Below, piece by piece: positions 56,897 through 62,364 of a DNA stretch of 62,364 nt (position 1 is its first letter; the number at the start of each line of letters is the position of its first letter). The DNA is taken from positions 1 through 62,364 of the forward strand of contig JARLGT010000122.1 in NCBI GenBank assembly GCA_031292615.1. The letters run 5' to 3'. The notes under the pieces were generated by a model. That model saw nothing but the letters and a program-made list of their open reading frames with translations. It was not told the origin of the DNA and made no database searches. This DNA comes from Coriobacteriia bacterium (GTDB lineage Bacteria > Actinomycetota > Coriobacteriia > Anaerosomatales > JAAXUF01). The translations under genes were made by a program, and so were the position numbers.

Positions 56897-58198
56897 CTAC
56901 TGGCGCTCGCGGAGATCCAGCACGTGTGTCGTTTTGCCCGAACTACGTTCAATCGAACCGGGCTCGACAAGCGTTATCTTCGCACGGAGCCCGAGCACGG
57001 TCTGCAGACGGTCGGCAACGTCCTTCTGGAACGCAACCATGTCCGCCATGATATCCGAAAAGACCTCCTCGGCCATTTCGAGGCGCACTTCGAGGTCGTC
57101 GAGGCCGTGCTTTCGATCCACGACGATCAGGTAGTGAGGCCTCACGCCTTCGATCTTGAAGATGACGTCTTCGATCTGGCTCGGGAAGACGTTCACTCCG
57201 CGGATGATCAGCATGTCGTCGGTCCGCGCTCTGACGCGGCTCATGCGCGCCAGCGTGCGGCCGCACTCGCAGCGCTCCGTGGTGACGGTCGCCAAATCGT
57301 GTGTGCGGTAGCGCAGGACCGGAAACGCCTCCTTCGAAAGCGTCGTGAAGACAAGCTCGCCCTGCTGCCCGTCGAGCACCGGCTCGCCGGTCACGGGGTC
57401 GACCAGTTCCCACAGCAGATGGTCCTCGGCAATATGAAGGCCGCAGCCACACTCACACTCCCCGCTCACCCCCGGCCCCATCACCTCCGACAGGCCATAG
57501 TTGTCGGTGGCCTTGATGCCAAGACGCGCCTCGATCTCGCGTTTGGCAGCATCGCTGGATGGCTCGCCGCCGAAAAGCCCGAGGCGAAATGGCAGTTTCT
57601 TGAAGTCGACACCCATCCCCTCGCCCACCTCGGCGAGGTAGAGGGCGTAGGACGGAGTGGACACAAGCACCGTCGTGCCGAAGTCCTGCATCATCATGAT
57701 GTGGCGCTCGGTGTTGCCGCTGCCTGCGGGAATGATGGTCGCGCCGATTCGCTCGATGCCGTAGTGCATCCCCCATCCGCCTGTGAACATGCCGTAGAGG
57801 AAGGACATGTCGACGAGGTCTCCCCGATGGACTCCGGCCGAAGCCGCGACCCGCGCGGTCATCTCGGTCCACGTGTTGATGTCTCCGCGTGTATAGCCCA
57901 CGACGATTGGCTTGCCGGTCGTGCCGGACGACGAGTGCAGACGCACGACATCTTCCATCGGCACGGCGAACATCCCGAACGGATAGGTGTCGCGCAGGGC
58001 GTCCTTCCCAGTGAACGGGAGCAGACGGATGTCCTCAAGCGACTTGATGTCGCGCGGCTTGATGCCGCTCGTCTCGAGCTGCTCGCGGTAGAACGGCACG
58101 CGCTCGTAGACCCATGCCACCGTCGATTGCAGACGACGGAGCTGCAGCCCGGCAAGCTCTTCGCGGTCCATGCATTCGTATTCCGGATTCCAGATCAT
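56897..58198 (-). CDS. paaK: Phenylacetate--CoA ligase
   Basis: ATG 58198 (MIWNPEYECMDREELAGLQLRRLQ). AMP motif SSGTTGKP. 433 aa. ATGA overlap with livF. The track ORF is extended 174 codons upstream. Confidence 0.9.
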   Translation of the reverse strand: MIWNPEYECMDREELAGLQLRRLQSTVAWVYERVPFYREQLETSGIKPRDIKSLEDIRLLPFTGKDALRDTYPFGMFAVPMEDVVRLHSSSGTTGKPIVVGYTRGDINTWTEMTARVAASAGVHRGDLVDMSFLYGMFTGGWGMHYGIERIGATIIPAGSGNTERHIMMMQDFGTTVLVSTPSYALYLAEVGEGMGVDFKKLPFRLGLFGGEPSSDAAKREIEARLGIKATDNYGLSEVMGPGVSGECECGCGLHIAEDHLLWELVDPVTGEPVLDGQQGELVFTTLSKEAFPVLRYRTHDLATVTTERCECGRTLARMSRVRARTDDMLIIRGVNVFPSQIEDVIFKIEGVRPHYLIVVDRKHGLDDLEVRLEMAEEVFSDIMADMVAFQKDVADRLQTVLGLRAKITLVEPGSIERSSGKTTHVLDLRERQ

Positions 58199-58944
58199 CG
58201 TGCGGTTCCTTCCTCGCTCATCGAACCGAGGTAGATCATGCGGACTGAGTCGTCGGCGAGGAGCTCGGCCGACGTGCCGGACAGTGCGACCGAGCCCGTG
58301 CGCATCACGTACCCGCGGTCGGCGTGCTTCAGTGCCAGGCGCGCGTCCTGCTCGGCGAGGAGCACCGAAACGCCGTCGCCGCGCAGCAGGTCGATCGCCG
58401 AGAAGATCTGCGCGATCACCATCGGGGCCAGGCCTAGTGATGGCTCGTCGAGAAGCAGTACGCGCGGGCCGCTCATCAGGGCGCGTCCAATCGCCAACAT
58501 CTGCTGCTCGCCCCCGGACAGCGTCTCGGCGGCCTGCGAGGCGCGGTCGGCGAGCACCGGAAAGAGCTCGAGAACGCGGGTGCGCCGGATGGCAATGGCC
58601 GCACCCCGCCCGGCTCGCGGTGTCAAGTACGCGCCAAGTTCGAGGTTCTCGGCGACGGTCATGGACCCGAAGAGCAGGCGGCCCTCGGGCACAAGCGCGA
58701 TGCCGTTGCGCACGCGCCACTCGGGGCGGCGTGAACCGATACCGATGCCCTCGAATGCGACAACGCCCGCCGTGGGGGTAACGAGGCCAGCCGCGGTCTT
58801 GAGCAGCGTGGACTTGCCGGCCCCGTTTGCGCCCAGCAGGGCCACGACCTCTCCGGCAGCAAGCGCGACGTCCACACCCCGTAGCACCCCGACCCGCCCA
58901 TAACCGGCGTGGACGCCTTCGAGCTTGAGCAGGGGCTCACTCAT
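58195..58944 (-). CDS. livF: Branched-chain amino acid ABC transporter ATP-binding protein
   Basis: Walker A GANGAGKST, signature LSGGEQQM, Walker B LLLDEPSLGL. Confidence 0.9.
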   Translation of the reverse strand: MSEPLLKLEGVHAGYGRVGVLRGVDVALAAGEVVALLGANGAGKSTLLKTAAGLVTPTAGVVAFEGIGIGSRRPEWRVRNGIALVPEGRLLFGSMTVAENLELGAYLTPRAGRGAAIAIRRTRVLELFPVLADRASQAAETLSGGEQQMLAIGRALMSGPRVLLLDEPSLGLAPMVIAQIFSAIDLLRGDGVSVLLAEQDARLALKHADRGYVMRTGSVALSGTSAELLADDSVRMIYLGSMSEEGTAR

Positions 58945-59707
58945 CGACGACCTCCTCGCCCAGGTACGCCGAGATGACTGCGGGGTCCTTCTGAATGAGC
59001 AGCGGCGAGCCTTCGGCGATCTTGGCGCCGCGGTCGAGCACGACGATCTCGTCGGAGACGTCCATCACCAGACCCATGTCGTGCTCGACCACCACGATTG
59101 TGACGCCGCCGTCTCGCACGCGCCGCAATGTGTGCACGAGCTCGGCCGTCTCAGTGGCGTTCAGGCCGGCAGCGGGCTCGTCGAGCAGCAGCAGCCGCGG
59201 AGAAGTGGCGAGCGCCCGCGCAATCTCGACGAGTCGCCGAATGCCTGCGGGCAGGTCGAGCGCGGGAGAACCGGCCCACTCCTCGACGCCGATCAGCCGC
59301 AGCAGCCGCCCGGCGTCATCACGCGCCGAGCGCTCGTCGGCGTAGGCCTTGGGCAGCCTCAACGCCGCCGAGAGGAAACCCACCGACTGGCGTGCCTGCG
59401 CCCCGACCATCACGTTCTCAATCGCACTCATCGCGTCGAAGAGCTGCGTGTTCTGGAACGTCCTCGCAATTCCTCGACGAACCACAGAGCGCGGCGAGTC
59501 GCCTACGATCTCGCGGCCGTCGAACACTACCGAGCCTTCGTCGGGCCGTCCGTAGCCCGTCAGCGCATTGAACAGGGTCGACTTGCCGGCACCGTTGGGG
59601 CCGATCAGCGCCTTGATCGTGCCGTCGTGAACGTCGAATGTCACGTCGTCGACGGCGGTAAGGCCTCCGAAGCGCTTGGTGACCCCCCTGACCTGCAAAA
59701 GGCTCAT
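58937..59707 (-). CDS. livG: Branched-chain amino acid ABC transporter ATP-binding protein
   Basis: ATG 59707 (MSLLQVRGVTKRFGG) in an ATGA overlap with livM. Walker A GPNGAGKST. BCA_ABC C-terminal tail EAYLG-like (SAYLGEE). Confidence 0.9.
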   Translation of the reverse strand: MSLLQVRGVTKRFGGLTAVDDVTFDVHDGTIKALIGPNGAGKSTLFNALTGYGRPDEGSVVFDGREIVGDSPRSVVRRGIARTFQNTQLFDAMSAIENVMVGAQARQSVGFLSAALRLPKAYADERSARDDAGRLLRLIGVEEWAGSPALDLPAGIRRLVEIARALATSPRLLLLDEPAAGLNATETAELVHTLRRVRDGGVTIVVVEHDMGLVMDVSDEIVVLDRGAKIAEGSPLLIQKDPAVISAYLGEEVVDE

Positions 59708-60684
59708 CGGGCCTCCCCTGCCCCACGCCAGCGACGCCACATCGAGCCGATTCCACCGGGTGCGAACAGCACCACCAGGATGATTGCAAGTCCGTACATG
59801 TCGGGCTCATAGGTCTGAATCAGCTCGCTCGTGGCTCGCGGCAGCCCGGGAATCAGGGCGTCCAGGTAGCCGACGAGTGTGAGGAGCGCCGCAGCGACAA
59901 TCGGACCGGCGAGCGAGCCGGTCCCGCCCACGACCGCCATTGCAAGAAAACCGACCGAAGCCTGCAAGGTGTAGAGGCTCGGCGAGATGAAGCCCACCGC
60001 CGAGGCGTACAGCGCACCAGCCAGCCCCGCCATCGCTGCCGACAGCACAAAGACGCGCACCTTGACGCCGACGACATCCACGCCGCTGGCCGCAGCACCC
60101 AGCTCGCTTCCGTGCAGCGCCCGCATCGCACGACCCGGGCGCATCGCGGTCAGGTTGGCGGCAATCAGCACGGCCAAGCCCGCCACGCCCCACACGAGCC
60201 AGTAGATCGCGGCTGCGGAGCGCAGCTCGAAGGGACCGATGCTGGGAAACGGAATGCCAGTCAGTCCGTTGACGCCGCCCGTGACGGCCGAACCCTCGCG
60301 AAACGCGAGAGTAGCCAGCTCGCCAAAGGCGAGCGTCGCCATGGCTAGGTAGTGGCCGGACAGGTTCAGGCTCGGCAGCGCGAGTAAGAGCCCGCCGAGC
60401 GCTGCCACGATGCCGGCACACGCGAAGGCCAGCAGCCATGGCGCGTGCAGCTGCACGGTCATGAACGCACACGTGTACGCGCCAAGGCCTAGGAACGCGG
60501 CGTGACCCAGCGATATCTGGCCCGCGTACCCGAAGAGCAACGCGAGCCCCACTACGACGAGCACGTTGATGCCCACGTACGTGAACACCTTGAGCAGGAA
60601 CGTATCGGTGATGAGCAGCGGCGCAGCCGCCACGCCCAGGGCCGCCACGACCGGAACGCCTATGCGAAGCCAGCGCCCCATCAC
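59704..60684 (-). CDS. livM: Branched-chain amino acid ABC transporter permease
   Basis: Polytopic 326 aa. Start is GTG 60684 or ATG 60681, overlapping the livH stop. Confidence 0.88.
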   Translation of the reverse strand: MMGRWLRIGVPVVAALGVAAAPLLITDTFLLKVFTYVGINVLVVVGLALLFGYAGQISLGHAAFLGLGAYTCAFMTVQLHAPWLLAFACAGIVAALGGLLLALPSLNLSGHYLAMATLAFGELATLAFREGSAVTGGVNGLTGIPFPSIGPFELRSAAAIYWLVWGVAGLAVLIAANLTAMRPGRAMRALHGSELGAAASGVDVVGVKVRVFVLSAAMAGLAGALYASAVGFISPSLYTLQASVGFLAMAVVGGTGSLAGPIVAAALLTLVGYLDALIPGLPRATSELIQTYEPDMYGLAIILVVLFAPGGIGSMWRRWRGAGEAR

Positions 60685-61553
60685 ACCTTCTCCTTGCGCG
60701 ATCCGCCGAAGAGCCCCTGCGGTCGCACGAACAGGACGCCCAGCAGCACGACGAGGGCCACCGCGTCCTTGTACAGCGGGCTGATGTAGCCGGCGGTCAG
60801 GCTCTCCAGCAGGCCCAGGATCAGCCCGCCGCCAACCGCGGCCACCGGATTGCCCAGCCCGCCCAGAATCGCCGCCGAGAAGCCTTTGACGCCGATGCCC
60901 GTGCCTACATCGAACGCCGTCTGGGTGAGCGGCGCCACGGCAAGCCCCGCGATCGCTCCCAAGGCCCCAGCCAACGCAAACGCAATCGTCACCATGCGCC
61001 GCGTGTCGACTCCAACAAGCTGCGCGGCTTCACGCTGAATGGCTGTTGCCCGCATCGCTTTCCCCAACGATGTGTAGCGGTACAGAATCGCCAGGCCCAC
61101 GACGGCGACCAGTGTGATTCCCCAGATCCACAGCGTCTGGATCTCGATGGCGGCGCCTGCCACTTTGATCGAAGCGCCCGCCGCGAACGGCGGCAACGAG
61201 AGTTCGTCGGGGCCGAACACGTGTTCCGCCAGCTGGCGAAGAACGACCGAGGCACCGATCGTGACCATGATGATCCGCAGCGGGTCTCCGTCGCCGATCG
61301 GCCTCACTGCCAGCAGCTCGAGAAGCGCCGCAATACCGGCCGTGGTTGCAACAGACGCCACGACGGCCAGCGGAAGCGGCAGGCCGAGATGCAAGAACCA
61401 CCAGCCGAGCATCCCGCCAAGCATGAAGAACTCGCCTTGGGCGAAGTTGATCGCCCCCGTCGCGGCAAACACGATCGTGAATCCGAGAGCGATGAGTGCG
61501 TAGATGGCGCCGTTCTTCAGACCGGCGATAAGGAACTGGAGGAGCGCCGACAT
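60681..61553 (-). CDS. livH: Branched-chain amino acid ABC transporter permease
   Basis: MSALLQFLIAGLKNGAIYALIALGFTIVF is a typical LivH N-terminus. 290 aa. Confidence 0.9.
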   Translation of the reverse strand: MSALLQFLIAGLKNGAIYALIALGFTIVFAATGAINFAQGEFFMLGGMLGWWFLHLGLPLPLAVVASVATTAGIAALLELLAVRPIGDGDPLRIIMVTIGASVVLRQLAEHVFGPDELSLPPFAAGASIKVAGAAIEIQTLWIWGITLVAVVGLAILYRYTSLGKAMRATAIQREAAQLVGVDTRRMVTIAFALAGALGAIAGLAVAPLTQTAFDVGTGIGVKGFSAAILGGLGNPVAAVGGGLILGLLESLTAGYISPLYKDAVALVVLLGVLFVRPQGLFGGSRKEKV

Positions 61554-61615
61554 ATGCTAGACGGCCGAATCGGCGCGCTGGTTGAGGCTCATGTGCGTCC
61601 CCTTCTGAAGCGACA

Positions 61616-61652
61616 TCGACGGAGGGCGGCCGCCGCGGCCGCCCTCCGTCGA
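61616..61652 (-). other. Intercistronic 17-bp perfect GC-rich stem-loop between livJ and livH
   Basis: TCGACGGAGGGCGGCCG-CCG-CGGCCGCCCTCCGTCGA, lying 8 nt downstream of the livJ stop on the minus strand. Confidence 0.7.
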
Positions 61653-61659
61653 CAGCGGA

Positions 61660-62364
61660 TTACTGGGGCGCGAGCGCGAACGCACCGTTCTTGACCTCGT
61701 AGAACGTCAGATCCTTCTCCGTCAGACCGTTGTGGTCCGTCGGCGTGAAAGTGAAGATACCGCCGATTCCTGGGAATCCGCTGGTCTTCTCGATCTGGTC
61801 GCGCAGTTTGGCGCCGGTTATCTCGCCGTCGACCTTCTTGGCCGCGTCCACGATCAAGTGCAGCGAGTCGTATGCGTGACCAGCGAACGTGCTAGGCGTC
61901 GCGCCGGTGGCGGCTTTGAAGTTGGTGATGAAGTCAGTGGCTACCTTGTACTGTTCGGTCCCCGTCCCATACGTCTCGGGAAGGAGGATGTGCCCCGCGG
62001 CGAAACGGAAGCCGTCACCGGCTGCACCGACGCCCTGAGCGAACTCTAGGCGAGCGTTGCCGTGGCTGCCATACATCGGAATCGTCAGGCCGAGGTCCTT
62101 GGCGTTCTTGACGATGGTGGTTGCCTCTTTGCCGGCGGTCCAGATCAGGACTGCCTGTGCCCCGGAGTTCTTGATATTGGTCAGCTGGGCGGTCATATCG
62201 GTGTCGCCGACATTGAACGTCTGGTCGGAGGTGATGGTGATCCCGAAGTCGGGAGCCTTGGCCTCAACCGTGGCCTTGCCGTCCTTGCCGTAGCCACCCG
62301 AGTCCGTAAGCAGGCCGATCTTGGTGATGCCCTGCTTCTTCATGTAGGCGAGCTCGAACGGCGC
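61660..62364 (-). CDS. livJ: Branched-chain amino acid ABC transporter substrate-binding protein, N-terminus beyond window
   Basis: The reading frame stays open to the window edge (APFELAYMKKQGITKIGLL...). Peripla_BP_6-like sequence. TAA at 61660-61662. Confidence 0.85.
   Translation of the reverse strand, partial: APFELAYMKKQGITKIGLLTDSGGYGKDGKATVEAKAPDFGITITSDQTFNVGDTDMTAQLTNIKNSGAQAVLIWTAGKEATTIVKNAKDLGLTIPMYGSHGNARLEFAQGVGAAGDGFRFAAGHILLPETYGTGTEQYKVATDFITNFKAATGATPSTFAGHAYDSLHLIVDAAKKVDGEITGAKLRDQIEKTSGFPGIGGIFTFTPTDHNGLTEKDLTFYEVKNGAFALAPQ

Noticed and set aside
56855-58234. 459-aa plus-strand ORF antisense to paaK
   Set aside because: Same artefact. paaK on the minus strand has clear motifs and operon coupling, while the antisense translation is low-complexity (R/H/D/A-rich).

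Overview
High-GC (about 60-65% by eye), almost fully coding chromosomal segment with about 60 CDS. I recognised no rRNA, tRNA, CRISPR array, transposase, integrase or phage gene. All product calls come from reading motifs in the supplied translations; no homology search was run.

Backbone: the old Gram-positive/actinobacterial housekeeping supercluster, in this order: pnp, M16 peptidase, dapB-aspartokinase, dapA, rnj, uppP, ftsK, rodZ-like, yajQ, rimO, pgsA, cinA, thpR, recA, recX, rny, spoVS, miaB, miaA, dapF, dapL-like aminotransferase, hflX, lexA divergent from a LysM SOS gene, then nrdR. After nrdR come nucleotide-pool genes (NrdG-type radical-SAM activase, dut, Nudix), two NCS2 nucleobase permeases and a polysaccharide deacetylase. 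On the minus strand lies a livJHMGF-paaK operon that ends in three small unknown genes.

A roughly 17 kb lineage-specific block sits between pnp and the M16 peptidase. It holds a DUF1801 gene, an orphan pilT, an MFS exporter, pckA, a CUT2 sugar ABC importer, a membrane GH-like protein, a divergent SDR next to an FAD-oxidase/DUF1365/CFA-synthase-like/DUF2177 lipid-modification cluster, a parvulin and a secreted unknown protein.

Clear regulatory sites:
- a recA promoter with an embedded Cheo-type SOS box
- two perfect and two degenerate SOS boxes in the lexA/LysM divergon
- tandem NrdR-box-like palindromes in front of nrdR
- several intrinsic terminators

I see no obvious novel defence or mobile system. 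The most interesting items are:
- the furan-fatty-acid-like lipid cluster
- an orphan GHKL ATPase occupying the slot between rny and spoVS
- a LigB/Memo-like plus AMMECR1 fusion coupled to miaA
- the 414-bp recX-rny spacer with two terminator-like hairpins
- the NrdR-led nrdG-dut-nudix operon, which has no reductase gene
- the three unknown genes at the tail of the liv-paaK operon
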